From: Camelus dromedarius
Taxonomy: Eukaryota
NCBI RefSeq assembly: GCF_036321535.1
Contig: NC_087436.1
Coordinates: 75,580,001-75,644,000, forward strand
Reading direction: 5' to 3'
Length of the DNA stretch: 64,000 bases
Below are positions 12,880 to 25,549 of the stretch, piece by piece. The notes under the pieces were generated by a model that was not told where the DNA came from, did not search any database, and saw nothing but the letters and a program-made list of their open reading frames with translations. Numbering within the stretch: the first letter of the stretch is position 1; each line of letters opens with the position of its first letter. Made by a program: the position numbers and the translations under genes.

Positions 12880-13630
12880 AGTTTCTGGAATTATTCATTC
12901 CACTGCAATCACCATCTTCTCTCACCTGAGCCATTACCAGAACTTGTTACGTGGTTTCTGCAGCTCCAGTTTCATCCCAGCTCTAGTCCCTCCCATCTCT
13001 TGCTGCTGGTGGCTCTCTAAAACCCAGACCTTAGCATCCCATTTCTTCCCCTGAAGATTCGTGTTGACCTTGCAGTGCCTACAAGCTAAATCGAGAATTT
13101 TAGCACAGCTTCTGCCTTCTACTAGCCAACATTAAGAGAGAGTCACTTTTCATTCACCCCCCTCCCCAGCCCCCCAGACTGTACTTGCGCAGACACTTGG
13201 ATATTTTATTAAGCACACAATGCCTTGTCTCATGTTTTTGCTTAGGCTGGGCCCTCTTCCTCGAGTCTGTTTCACTTGTCCATTTAGAAAGCCCAGTTTT
13301 TTAATCATTCAAGAATTAAATGATATGTCCATAGGAAAGCCTTCCAGAGCATTCCTTCCCCAAAGAGGAAATCTCCTTTTTCCTTCATTCTCCCCCAGCG
13401 CCCTGCTCAGACATCGTATAGAGCATCACTTGTGATGCATCCTAACTATTTATGTGTCTGTCTCTCTTCCTCATTAGACTGTAGTTTCTGAAACTGAGGT
13501 CCTATTTCAGCCAACCTTCTATATCTTAAACCTCTAGCAAAAAAGCTGGTTTATAATGGTGCTTAATGAATAGTTTTTGAACGTAGGTGGATGGAGAGGA
13601 TGGAAGGACAGGTCAATGGACAAATGAAAG
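12880..13630 (+). mobile_element. L2 LINE 3' fragment
   Basis: caccatcttctctcacctg...ggaaagccttcc...attagactgtag...ggtgcttaatgaatagtttttgaa is a typical L2 3' end. Confidence 0.7.
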
Positions 13631-13915
13631 AAAGAATTGGAGAGACTTAGTCTTCCTGAATGATATGAGTTATTTGCTCATGATAAATTAGGAAAAAAGC
13701 AAGGTATATACATATGTACATATATACAGACACATGAATTTATCTACACATAATACACACACATATATTCATAGGGTGACTCTAAAGCTATGAATCTCTC
13801 TTATTAGACAATCTTTAGCAGCAATAGGACCTAATAACTTATGTTTTTTAAGGATTGGTATTTTCTTATTTTGCTTGGACCTAATAAGAGTGTAATTCTG
13901 TACCCTTTATTCTAG

Positions 13916-14069
13916 AATGATGGAGGTCTTCGGCTTGTGGCTAATTCAATGGTGTGGGTTCCGGAAGGGGGGATGCTGCAGATTACCAACAGAATCTTAC
14001 AGGCTGAAGCTCCAGGTGCCAGTGCCTCAGAAATCATCTACAAAATTACACAGGACCACCCCCAATTTG
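13916..14069 (+). CDS. FRAS1: FRAS1 coding exon (154 nt, ~exon 30): NDGGLRLVANSMVWVPEGG...DHPQF
   Basis: Acceptor ttattctag, donor TTG|gtaact; phase 0 to 1. Confidence 0.95.
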
Positions 14070-14514
14070 GTAACTCTTTTTTCTTAACCATTTCATCATT
14101 GCATTCAGCAGTCTTGGACATGCTTTTGTTCAATGCCACACAGCAAAGTTTGTGTTTCCAATGAACTTGACTTTCTAATACCCCACAAATCCCCTTTAAA
14201 GAAAAAATAATCAAAATAGCTATCACACAATATACATATTATGTACTAGGTAGAATGCTAAGTAATGTAAATGTAGTATATTTAAACCTGAAATATAAGT
14301 TTTAAAACAGCTTCATTTTACAGAGCAAGTAACTTGCTAAAAATCACCTCGCTAATAATATGTCAGTTTAATTTCAAAGCTCAGGCTCTCAAACTCCACT
14401 TTGTGTCCCTCTCAGAACATCACCAGACTTCTTGATGAGGCTTTCCTTTTTAAAAAATTTTAAAAGTTAAAAATTAAAACTTTACATGAAAACATTTCTT
14501 AAGATCTCCATTGT

Positions 14515-15420
14515 TACTTCTACTTCCAGCAAGATAGTAGAGTATGATAACCTATCATCATCACCTAGAAGTGATGGATAAAAGAGATTAAGAATTATAG
14601 GGCATTCATAGCTGACCTCCCAAGAATAGAGAGAAATCTCCAAGTGCCAGAAACAAACAAGGAATGAAAGCCAGTCTGGGCATGAGCTGATAGCATAGCT
14701 TCCCTGAGAGGGGTGGTATGTATCTCAGTAACCTTGGGGCTTGGGATTTAATGCCTGTGCAGAGGCAGAAAGTTGGAATTAAGACCCTGCATGAAACCAG
14801 GACTCTGAAAAGACTTAACCTTCCATTAGAGGGACAGAATGGAAAACAAGAACTCACCATCACAGAGAGAGATGGCAAAGAATCCTACCTGTGTTTCTAG
14901 GGCTCAGAGTAAAAACGTCTGCACAGAATTCAGAACTTCGGGCCTGTTTCTCCTGTAGATCCAAGGTTAATTACGCTGTGCGCATTATCTGAGAAACCCA
15001 AAGCAGAGGCATCAATATGAAAATTAACCTCAGACCAGTGATACTGCTTGAAGAAACTAGTAGTAACTGCTATAGAATTTCTACCCACAACTCCAGACCA
15101 TACAAGATTCTCACAGATAAACCCACTGAAGACTAATTTAGAATTCAAAATTACAGAACATAAGAACAGAAAACCTATAGTACTGTAACCAAGACAAACA
15201 AGAAGATTAAAACCCCAAGGATTTCAAATAAAGGAACAACCTTGCAAAAAGTACAAAATAACCATATTTAAAATGATTGAAAGACACAAAAGGAGGAGTT
15301 GAAAATGTATGGAAATAACAAAATGCTATAAAAATAAAAAAGACAAGCAGGTAGATTTTTAAAAAGAAATGAATAGATCACCTGAAAATGAAAATTACAT
15401 TCATTGAAAGTAAAGACTTG
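14515..15420 (+). mobile_element. Ancient L1 5' UTR/ORF1 fragment
   Basis: Starts acttccagcaagatag (L1M 5' end-like), followed by A-rich degenerate ORF1-like sequence. Confidence 0.55.
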
Positions 15421-15699
15421 GCACATTTTTAGAGAAATAAATAATGTTTTTCCTCAGGGTTATCAGAGTTTTAAAAATCAGATATATTTTCTGTGGTGAG
15501 TAAAAAGTTAATTTCTGTACTATTTAAGAATAATTCCAGGGCCCACAAAGACATTGAAAAGCATCATCTAATCAATCATTGATAGAATTATAAAACAGTC
15601 AGTCTACCTGGGTGTCATTTATGATAGTTGTGTAACCTTAAAGAAGGCAAGTGGACCTCCCTTGAGCCATAGGTTTCCTCGAAAGATGAAGCTAGATCA

Positions 15700-15905
15700 T
15701 TTTTAAACTTATCTGAAAAGAATTTTAGGCTTACTGAAAAATTGCAAAAATATTATGAAAAGCTCTTGAATATCCTTTATCCAGCTTCCCCCAGTGTTAA
15801 TATCTTACATAACCATCAAATAATTATCAAACCCAGGAAATTAGCATCGATACCATGTTATTAGTTATTCACAGACCTTATTCAGCTTCGCCGTATTTCA
15901 CCCAC
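15700..15905 (-). mobile_element. Old L1M 3' end fragment
   Basis: ttttaggcttactgaaaaattgcaaaaatatt...ccagcttccccc...aaacccaggaaattagcat. Confidence 0.6.
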
Positions 15906-16949
15906 TGATTTTAAGCTAGACAATGTTTTAAGTCCTTTTCAGCTCTAAAAATCTTTGACTCATTTGATGTATTAAATTTCTTATCTTGATTATTAAAGGC
16001 CAAAAAATTAAATTTCCTAAACACAGCCCATTATCCCAATATTCTATTTAATATAAGTATTAAGCCTTTCCTACTATAACTCTCTTAATTAACTTCTTCC
16101 TATGAACATAATCCTATTTCTGTGTGTTCAGAGCTCCCTACTGGTAATAATCAAATCGCATTACACTTAGGAACCATTCAAGAGTGAAAAAGGTGGTGGG
16201 AACTAGAAGCCCACTTAATACAAATCTACTTACATCCAACTGCCCCAGTGATGCGGATTATGGAGCCCTTACCTCCTTCCACCCCAGCTACTTTGCATTC
16301 CCTCATCACATTAGAATGTTCCGATTGGACTCTAGGCTTTTGTGAAGACTTGATGGTGGACCTAAACCCAGCGTAAATTGCTTGTGTAGTATTTGCATAA
16401 AGAGCTTAAATTCCACCACTTGCAGACTCATCACTGTTTTCAAATATAAGTTTAGATAAATTGATTAATACTTGCACCTTTAACTACTTCACAGGTTTGG
16501 AGGAAATTTAATGAGATGGTTTTAATGAAGTAACTTGAAACATCATTTGAGGGAGAATCTGACTTCATCCAACACATTGCCAGCTCTGTTATTTAGCATA
16601 CTGTAGGAAAACTTTAAAGCAAATTATGTAAATCCCGAAATAATTCATGGAGATTCCAATGAGTTTCTAATTCTTTTTACCTATTACATTTTCCCTTCAA
16701 GAGTCTTGGTTAAAATATTGACTTCAGTATAAAGGAAATCACTAGTATAGATTATTTTCTGTTTTATAAACCTGCACTGTGTTTTAAACATGGATTTTCA
16801 TATATTTAAAAGGTCATCTCCTTGTATTTGTCGTACTATGGTAAAAGCAGAGGTGAGGTACTATGCAAAAGCTCCCATCTCGATGGAGTGAACCCCCCAG
16901 GATACTGGCATTTCTCCCAGTCTACCTATGGGGCTTGTCACAAAGGCAC

Positions 16950-17490
16950 CTTGTATTCAGCATACCCAGTGCTGAACTCTTCCTTTTCTCCTCAACCAGC
17001 TCACCCTCTTAGTGGCATCACTTCCCTGCCCATCACCCTACTCAATAGGAAATTGTCTGGTTCCCCCCTCTTATACTTTACAGCCACATTTGTCAAGTTC
17101 TGTTGCTTCCGTTTCCTCCGTGATTCTTGTATCTGTTTGTTTCTTTCCAATATTACCTCTGTTGCTTTAGTCTAGGTTCCCATCTCTCATATGGATTTTG
17201 CAGCAACCTCGTAATTGGCCAGACTGTCCACATAAATGTTAACTACTGTTGTTATCATTCTCACAAAGTCCAGCCTCTTTAACAGAACTTTCACATACAC
17301 TCTGTGTTCTAAATCAGTCCGTGCCTCTAACCTACTGAAAATCTCACAGTGGCTCCCAGTTGCTTCTGGGGGCTGATCTCCAGGGGAAGGAATTGCATCT
17401 TGCTTAGCTTTGATTTCTCCACCCCAAAGGGCCAGCCATAGTAGCTAGCACCTAACAGGTGCTCACTGATTGTTTACTGAGTTGAAATTA
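16950..17490 (+). mobile_element. L2 LINE fragments
   Basis: cagtggctcccagttgc...agcacctaacaggtgctcactgattgtttactgagttgaa. Confidence 0.6.
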
Positions 17491-18111
17491 ATGGAATTAT
17501 CCAATCTCCTATGATTGCTATTAATTTGCATGGTATGGCAACTTTTTTTTTAATCTGAAAATACGTTTATTTCTTTAGGACTTGTTAGGAAAATTCTGCT
17601 TAGCTTTCCTATGATAAAGCAGAATAGCTAGGAAATTGGCATTTGAATATTTTCTATCCATCTACTCTCCACATTTTCATTATAGAATTCTCCTTTCAGA
17701 ATATTTTGCAACTATACTCACATTCATAAACAGTCCACATCCTGGAAAAGCATGTTTATTAGCAGAGTCTTATGAACAGAAGTTGAAGCAGGGAGAGATG
17801 GGTAATGGAATTTGTGACTTAGGTACAAATGAGAAATAATACAAGAAAGAAACTAGAGTGAGTTGATTCTGTACATGATCGTTTTAAGAAGAATGTTGAT
17901 GTTTTTCTATTACTTCAGTATTTCATTACTATTCAGGATATTATGCTTATTTTTAACTTGAATTTAGTACATATAAATATTAGAATGAGTAGTTCCTTGG
18001 AGTAAGAAAAACAGTTTCTCTAGGGTAATCAAAATGCACTGTCAGTTGCCTAATATGTCTAGGGGGCTAAGATCTGGGCATCCTACAGTATGTTTTAAAA
18101 ATATATGCAGT

Positions 18112-18123
18112 TTCTCTCTCTCT

Positions 18124-18163
<40 letters not shown>

Positions 18164-18166
18164 CAC
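18112..18166. repeat. Compound (TC)n(CA)n microsatellite
   Basis: tctctctctctcacatacacacac...acactctc seen directly. Confidence 0.95.
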
Positions 18167-19363
18167 TCCTCTCCCTCTTACTATCTGAGCGGTAGAGATG
18201 CTTCTTTGAGATTTCTTGTTAGATGCTTTTTCTTGAGAACAGGGCTTCTGTTTTCTGCAGTTCATTCTTCTCTTTGGTCTTCACTGGAAGGTGTATTCTC
18301 CTTGTGAAATTTTGATTGTTCCTGTAACAACTCTGTATTTGCAATCTCACTTTAAGAAAATAGTAGCTTCAGGTGAAGAATAAGCATTAGAAACAGATTG
18401 GTGGTGGTGGTGGTGGTGGGATTTAGATTTAGATTTCCTTGCTTCAATTCTAGTAAAGTTTAGAGAATGAAGGAGAAGAAAAGATGATCTGTTATTTATC
18501 AGTGTAAATGTTGGGCTGTGAACATAAAATAATCATGATGGGTAACAGAGTTTCATGACCAAGAGAATGAACTTCAGATTCAAGTCCCAGCTCCTCCCCT
18601 TAGGATTTGTGTGACTTCAAACAAGTTATTGACTTTCTCTGAGCATGAAGAACTTTGTCTTTAAAATGGAAAAGATAGTAGCATTTTTAGAGGGGTTAAA
18701 TAACATAACAATATGCATGATCAACATTCTTTTTAAGTACCTGTGAAGTATGTACTATTATTTTCATTTTAGCAATAGGAGCAGAGATTTATAGTACTTA
18801 AGCTCACGCAGCAGTAGTGGAGCTGGGTTTGAACCACCGTCTAAGGTGCTTCATGCAGCGCCTGCCATATGCATTCCAGCACTAGCTATTATTATTTTCA
18901 TTGTACATAATTCTCCCAAGTATCATTTTTTTCTGAATTTTATCTAATTTCCCATTGTGTTTACACCAAAATCTTCCTAGTTGGTAAGCATTTTCTATTC
19001 ATAGAAAGTTGTGGATGAAAATGAATCCATTCAATGCCTGTATTTGAGTATTTGTTTGCAGTATTCATGACTATTTGGGTCTCCTTATGTAATTTTAATA
19101 GATACAAGTCAGTAACTTCATACATGAATTGCCCTTGAATGACTTTAGCTCTTTTAACTGAAAGACAGGGAATTCTATGTCTAAAGGTGAATTCAATGGT
19201 ATCTATCGAATTCTGTGTTAACGTTCTCTCCTTCACTTTAGATAAAAATACAGAAGTACATCATATCTTTTCTGTTTAAAAAACAGTGCTAGAAAAGGAG
19301 ATGAGGGCTCAGATTTACTTTTACTTTTCCCAGGGATCCTCACTAACTGTGTGGCTTTCCTAG

Positions 19364-19542
19364 GGGAGGTGGTCCTTCTGGTCAGTATGCCTGCAGACAG
19401 CCCCGCAGACAAAGGGCAGCACCTGCCTGATGGGAGGACAGCAACTCCCACCAGCACCTTCACCCAGCAAGACATCAACGAAGGCATCGTGTGGTACAGG
19501 CACTCAGGGGTCCCAGCCCAGAGTGACTCCTTCCGCTTTCAG
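19364..19542 (+). CDS. FRAS1: FRAS1 coding exon (179 nt, ~exon 31): GEVVLLVSMPADSPAD...FTQQDINEGIVWYRH...FRFQ
   Basis: Branch-like cactaac, acceptor ctttcctag, donor CAG|gtaccc; phase 1 to 0. Confidence 0.95.
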
Positions 19543-19879
19543 GTACCCTCTGCTTCCTGAATTTCCTGATGTCTGGATGGTCTGATGAAAACCATCACCC
19601 TTATTTATAAATAACCCTGGTAATTTTTCCATGATTGCCTAGAGATCACGTATAGGGGAAGGAAAAGTGTAACTAATAGCATTCAGAGATTTTTTTAATC
19701 TGTGAATTCAGTCTTAGGAGTATCTGTACAAGCAGAGTCGTTCCATAGCAAAGAGGTTTATAATAGATAATGGCTAAAGTGTTTGGAAAACATGTTTTCA
19801 AAATATTAAAATGCCACATGGAGTAAAAAAGATCTTATTTTCTTTTTTCAAATGTTTTTGGAACATTTACCATTTTATG

Positions 19880-20090
19880 TCAAGGTCATGGACTTGGCAG
19901 CCAAACCCAGTGGCTTTATATTTCACTTCCACTGTGTATTAATTACACAACTTTGGGAAAATTACTTGATCAAAGTCCTTGTATTTCAGTTTCCTCATCT
20001 ATACAATAGCATTATTGTAAGGATTTAATGAGTTAATACATTTAAGGACTTAGAATACTGCCTGTCAGTCTATGAGAGTGTGTGACTACC
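19880..20090 (+). mobile_element. MIR SINE
   Basis: ttcagtttcctcatctatac...gtaaggatttaatgagttaatacatttaaggacttagaatactgcctg. Confidence 0.8.
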
Positions 20091-20116
20091 ATTTATGAGG
20101 ACTGGTCAAATACCAG

Positions 20117-20487
20117 TACTACAGACTGAATGTTTGTGTCCCCCTCAAAAGTTACACGTGTAAATCCGACCCCTCTGTGTGACAGTATATGCAGATGCGG
20201 CCTTTGATTAGCATTAGATGAGGTCATGAGAGTTGTGCCTTCATGAATGGGATTAGTATACTTACAAGTCGCAAGAGAGCTTGCTCCCCGCCTCTGCTGC
20301 CTGCCATGCAGATACCATGAGAAGTCGGCAGTCAGCAACCCAGAAGAGGACCCTCACCAGAACCCGGCCATACTGGCACCCTGATCCCAGATGTCCAGCC
20401 TCCAGAGCTGTGAGGAATAAATTTCTGTTGTTTATAAGCCCTGCAAGTCTATGGTATTTTTGATAGTAGCCTGAGCCAGTGGAGGCA
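20117..20487 (+). mobile_element. MaLR solo LTR (MLT1A-like) with 5-bp TSD accag/gccag
   Basis: actgaatgtttgtgtcccctcaaaa...ccagcctccagagctgtgaggaataaatttctgttgtttataagcc...; 371 bp, ends in CA. Confidence 0.85.
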
Positions 20488-20494
20488 GCCAGAC

Positions 20495-21110
20495 CATAAG
20501 GAGGCTGTCAATAAATTAAAGAATAGGAAACTATATTGGGCAACATTCTCTGGCTGTTATGAAATATAATTAGAAATTAGTAATAAAAGGGTGAAAAAAT
20601 TGAACCATTTGGAATTTTAAAAATAGCTTCCTAAATAATTACTAGTTCTAAAAGGAAATCAAGATGGCCAACTATTAAGAAATATTGATGAGGAAGAAAT
20701 AATTTATCAAAATGTAAATGATGTGGACAAAGTCATACTGAGAAGAAAATGGATGGCCTTAAGATGTTATTGAGCAGAAAAGTATGAAAATAAATGAATT
20801 AAATATTTAACTCAAGAAGCCAGAGAACCACAAGAGAAGCCTAAGGAAAGCAAAAGGAAGGAATTAATAGAGAGAAACAGAGGAATTGATTAATTGTAAG
20901 ATGCTAGAATGGGTAAATGAGTAACAAAACCTAAGTCTTTGAAAAGGCCAATAAAATTGGACAAACCTCTGTCAAGGACAATCTGGTAATGACAAATTGA
21001 ACAGAAATACATGAGTGAGGAAGTGTGAATGAGAAAGAGCACTTAAGCATAGATACAGAAAAGAATTTGGAAAAGTGTCAGAGAAAATATAAAGAAGTTC
21101 TCATGGTGAT
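20495..21110 (+). mobile_element. Ancient L1 ORF2 fragment
   Basis: A-rich: aaattagaaattagtaataaaagg...aactcaagaagccagag...aataaaattggacaaacctctg. Confidence 0.65.
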
Positions 21111-21689
21111 CAGCCAAAGCAGTGTCGCTGTCCCTCCAGGTCTGAGCTGTTTCTTTTGTCCAGGAATCCATTTGGGATAAACTCCACAATGGCTCTCCTT
21201 GTTAAAATTGTCATCCACTCTGCTTCTGATGCCTCATGTGCACATCTTCATTGTCTGACTAATTTATATTGTGTAAAAGATGTACTTTCCCAGAGAGCTG
21301 TTGAAAGAAGCTTAGAAACCATTAAAATAAAAAGATATACTGAGCACACTGAAGGTCCAGTGAGTGAGCAAACATTACATGCCCTTTGCCCAAGTTAATT
21401 TTTCAATTTTAGCACATGGGGACTGGATAGTCGTCAAATAATGAGTCAGAATGGAGGCAAAGACCTCAATCAAAAGAAGTCACCTCAGCAAACTAGACTC
21501 CTTAGATCTGCCTTTGCCTTCATAGGCATCAGCATGAAGAATATTATCAATATGGAGCGTTTCCCTGAAAAGGGATTTTCAACACCTGCTAAAATGATAT
21601 TTTATTGCCTTTGCAAGTTGGCTACTAAGTGGGTTATTATAAAATAGCAAACATTACTGATTTTTTTAAACAAATTAGTTAGAGTTTAA

Positions 21690-22090
21690 GACATCCAGTT
21701 AAACATTATTACTTAGAAAGTGGTTTCCTTTGGAGAATCTTCTCATGTTTTGCTCAAAATGTATTTGAACTCTTGCTTGAAATCTCCTTCAAAATCTGTA
21801 GGATATTCTCTAGAATATCCTCAATAATGACAGCATATCATCCTTTAGAAGTGGATTTTTAAAATATAACCAAATAGTCAAAAATCCTTCAGAATCGGTT
21901 CTGGTTAAAAAAAAAAAGTAATAATTATTTTTGGTTAAAACAGGGAGTAATTATAAAGTAACAAGCTCAGTTTTCTTACATGATTTGTGAACTCCCTCTG
22001 AAGGCATTCCAAAAAATGCATTTTGAACACTGACAGCATCTTTACAGCAAGTATGAAACAGCTCTCTGAGATCATATTCTCTTGGATGTG
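21690..22090. mobile_element. Ancient mariner-like (MARNA-type) relic
   Basis: ttgctcaaaatgtatttgaactc...ctctgaaggcattccaaaaaatgcattttgaacactgacagcatc resembles MARNA; related to 46225-46450. Confidence 0.5.
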
Positions 22091-22729
22091 GAAGTTTTGG
22101 TGTGTTTGTTCCTTGGTGTGTTTGATAGGCTTACTTTATTCTTTGAAGTGAAGTGACACAGACACTGCAGCTATGTGCCAAAATAAATGGTTAGCAACTT
22201 TCCTCATTCATTTTAGTGTCCCTCAAGGATTTTTGACTTTTTAAAGAAGATGCTGTTCTAATGATCCTTTTCTTTCTTCCCTTATTTTTTTTTCTTTAAA
22301 GCAGAAAATGCAATATGATGAGTTGCATGGGTTTAATTCCATTTTAATGTTGATTTGCTGTCATGAGCCATCAATGCAGCCCATCTGTTACTTTGCATCT
22401 AAAACTTGGGATTTATGTAATGCGAGTGGTTTTAAAAAAATAAAAAAGAAAGAAAATGGCAGAGTGAGAAGAAAACACGTACGTTTTTTGGCAGGGGAAG
22501 AAGCCCTGGTTTCGGCGTATTCAGGTCACACTGACGTAGCCTCAGGGGATGTGGTTTAAAAAAGACCAATGTATTTTACACCAGGACCTTTGCTAGGGAA
22601 GCTGGAACTGAGTTCTTGCTTGATAATATGCTCACGTCTCACTACCTGCAGTTCTATTCCTTTTCTTCAAGAGTTAGGGGAATGTATCTTCCCCTTTCCT
22701 AACTTCCTGAAGCTTCCAAATTGAGTCAT

Positions 22730-22950
22730 TGTGGTCAGTAAGAATATCACTTGGTTTCAAATACTGCCCCTTATTGGCTTTGTGATCTTGACATCTTAAC
22801 TTTTTGACCTTCAGTTTTTTATCCGTTGAAAAAAAAGAAAGGAGATAGTATCTACTTTGTGGGTATTAAGTAAGAAAACTTCTGAAAAGTAGCTAGCACA
22901 GTGGTGAGCCCATGATCCACGTTCAGTGAATGTTACCTGTTGTCATTAAT
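22730..22950 (+). mobile_element. MIR SINE
   Basis: ggtttcaaatactgcccc...ttcagtttttatccg...agctagcacagtggtg...agtgaatgttacctg. Confidence 0.65.
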
Positions 22951-23877
22951 ATTATCTATTGTGACACTATGTCTCCTTGAAAACATGTCAATAGTCTGAA
23001 ACTTGAGCTCCAGGCATCAGATGTGATCAAGACGCAGAGAAGACATTCTTCTGTGGGGTGTAACTTCAGAAGACATACCTTCTTCTCAGAATTTACAGAA
23101 CCGTGTCCCCTCTCATATGAACCTAATGCAACTTCATGTGGCCACACAGGCCTTAGCAATTCTTCTAACAAGCATAAGGAGGAGCAGACAGCGAGAGGAG
23201 AGTTTACGCACGAAGCTCAGTAGCACTGAGGGTGGGGAGAAGCCGCGTGGGAAGAGCATCACTTTTCAGCCTTTTTAAAGCAGGAAAAAGAAGATTGTGT
23301 GACCACTACCCTAATTGTAAATGTTATGAATCTTGCCTTGCAATGATAAGACTGAGATTTGTCTTTTATAATCTGGGTATGGATATTTGTGCTGGGTAAA
23401 GATGAAAGAAGTGGAATAAAAATCACAGATAAAATGTGCTGTAATTGCTCAGAATGAGACATTATGTAGCTATCAAAATTATGCTTTCAAGAATGTTTAC
23501 TGATATAGCAAATATCATACTATCATGTTAAGTAAAAATTTAGAATATACAATTGCATATGAAGTTTCACATATGCATAGAAAAAAGACTAAACTGAAAA
23601 GCAGCGATATATTAAAACTTCTTTTTCTAGGGAGTGAAATTCTAGATGATTTTTATTCCTTATTTAGACTTTCTTGCAACTTCAGAATTGCCGAAGATGA
23701 TTATGTATCTTTTTTTTATAATCAGTAAAAAATTAATCTTAAAATACGAAGCACAGAATGAAAATTGTAATGCAGGAGCGTACAGAATTCAAAGCCAGGT
23801 GGTTTAAAAGAGAAAAAATCAACACGGGCAGACGTGCTGTGCCCAGCAGAGGCTGACCAGTGCGCTGCGTATTTCAG

Positions 23878-23994
23878 GTATCCAGTGGCACAAAGGCCCA
23901 CGCCCACCTGGAGAGCCGCACATTCAACATCGCCATCTTACCGCAGACGCCAGGCGCGCCCAAGCGCTCCCGGGGAGCATCTCTCCACATGACG
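23878..23994 (+). CDS. FRAS1: FRAS1 coding exon (117 nt, ~exon 32): VSSGTKAHAHLESRTFNIAILPQTPGAPKRSRGASLHMT
   Basis: Acceptor atttcag, donor ACG|gtgagt; phase 0-0. Confidence 0.93.
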
Positions 23995-25549
23995 GTGAGT
24001 TGGGTAGAAAGGCTTGTGGCCACCTCTCGGAAGAGGCATACTGATGGGATATAACAGGATGCCTGGCTCAGAACTCAGACTCTGGAGTTAACAATACCTC
24101 CCCTGTGAACACGCTTTTCACTGACTTGAAAAAGAAACTTAAAATTTGCAGAGTGAAAGGAAAGTTAGATGGAATCCACCCCCACTTCCCATCCATTGCT
24201 GCTGAGCTTTTTACAGCATGCGAGACAGTCACAGGACCACTCCTTGAGTACGCAGAAGGAATTTCAGGCTTCTGTTTGTTTAATGAACACCGTGTGGGTG
24301 TATTTGTCCAGTCAGTTAGAGCTCTGCCTAGCTGGAGACACTTACTCTATGTTTTAGAAGTCCTGTTAGAAATTTCCTTTCTATTATAAAAGTTTCCTGG
24401 AGAAGGTGATGCCTGTGCTGACTCCAGAAGATTAAGTAGCAAATCTCCAAGGAAAAGTTTGGGGGGCAGGTTGGAAGGAATAGAGGGGTGATGGCAAAGG
24501 GCACCACCAGACATAAAAGCAACACATGCAAAGGCCCAGAGGTGATAGACAATATGATTGTTGGGAAAACTGGAAGTAGTTCAGTAAAACTGGAGACATC
24601 AAGGAGGCTGAGGAGAAACGGTGAGAGTGTGGAGGTCTGTGAGCCAGATCCCAGGAGGTCTTTTTGGCTGTGTGGAAGGAGTGTGTGCATATGGAAAGTT
24701 TGATGCAAGTCGACAGCTAAATTAGTACATGAAGCTTAGTTCAGACAGTTAGCAGCTCCGCTGTAACTCTCTATCTTTGAGGCATGTAATGCCGGAACCC
24801 CTCTTCTGGACAGAGCCACAGGCACATAAGTCCTTGTAAATTAATCATCATGGATTCACATTTTAGTTAGCACCCACATAATTATGCTCCAAATATTGTA
24901 TCAGCCCTGAGCCTCAATAAAGACAGCAGGTATAGTTTTAGAAATTATGGGTCTGGGGCATGACGGAGACATAAAAGGGGAAACAAAGGTTTTAATGAAT
25001 AGCTGGTATTGGCATTTCCACCGTAAACCGTAATTTAAAGAAATCATAATTCAGCAGCACTATAAAGTCTATAATTCATCATTCTGACTGGAGGAACTTG
25101 GATCAGAATTTTCTCCAAAGCATAAAGAAAAATGTGCACATACATTTCTTGCCAAATGCTAATGCAGTGTTATTTTGAGTTTAGAGGGAAAAAAAATGGG
25201 CCAGGAGCCATGAAGATGGTGTCACTCCTGTTCTGCACTGTGAACCTCCAGAAACTTTGCAAGTCACTTAACCTTTAGGGTATCAGGTTGCATGTTTGTA
25301 AATTAGGTCTGTCCTATATAATCTAGGGTGTCACAAAGGTTAGTTTACTGCAAAATGTGATTAGACTGTTCTTTCATTCCTGAAATTATATATAGTTTAT
25401 ACAGTTTATATTTCCCACCCCAGGGTTTTCAAATATAGTAGGTCTGGTACAGAGGCTGAGAATTTGAGTTTGTAACAGGTTCCCAAGTGATACTGTTTCT
25501 ACTGCTCTGCTCACCACACTTGTGGAATCTCTTATTTAGACTAGAAATA

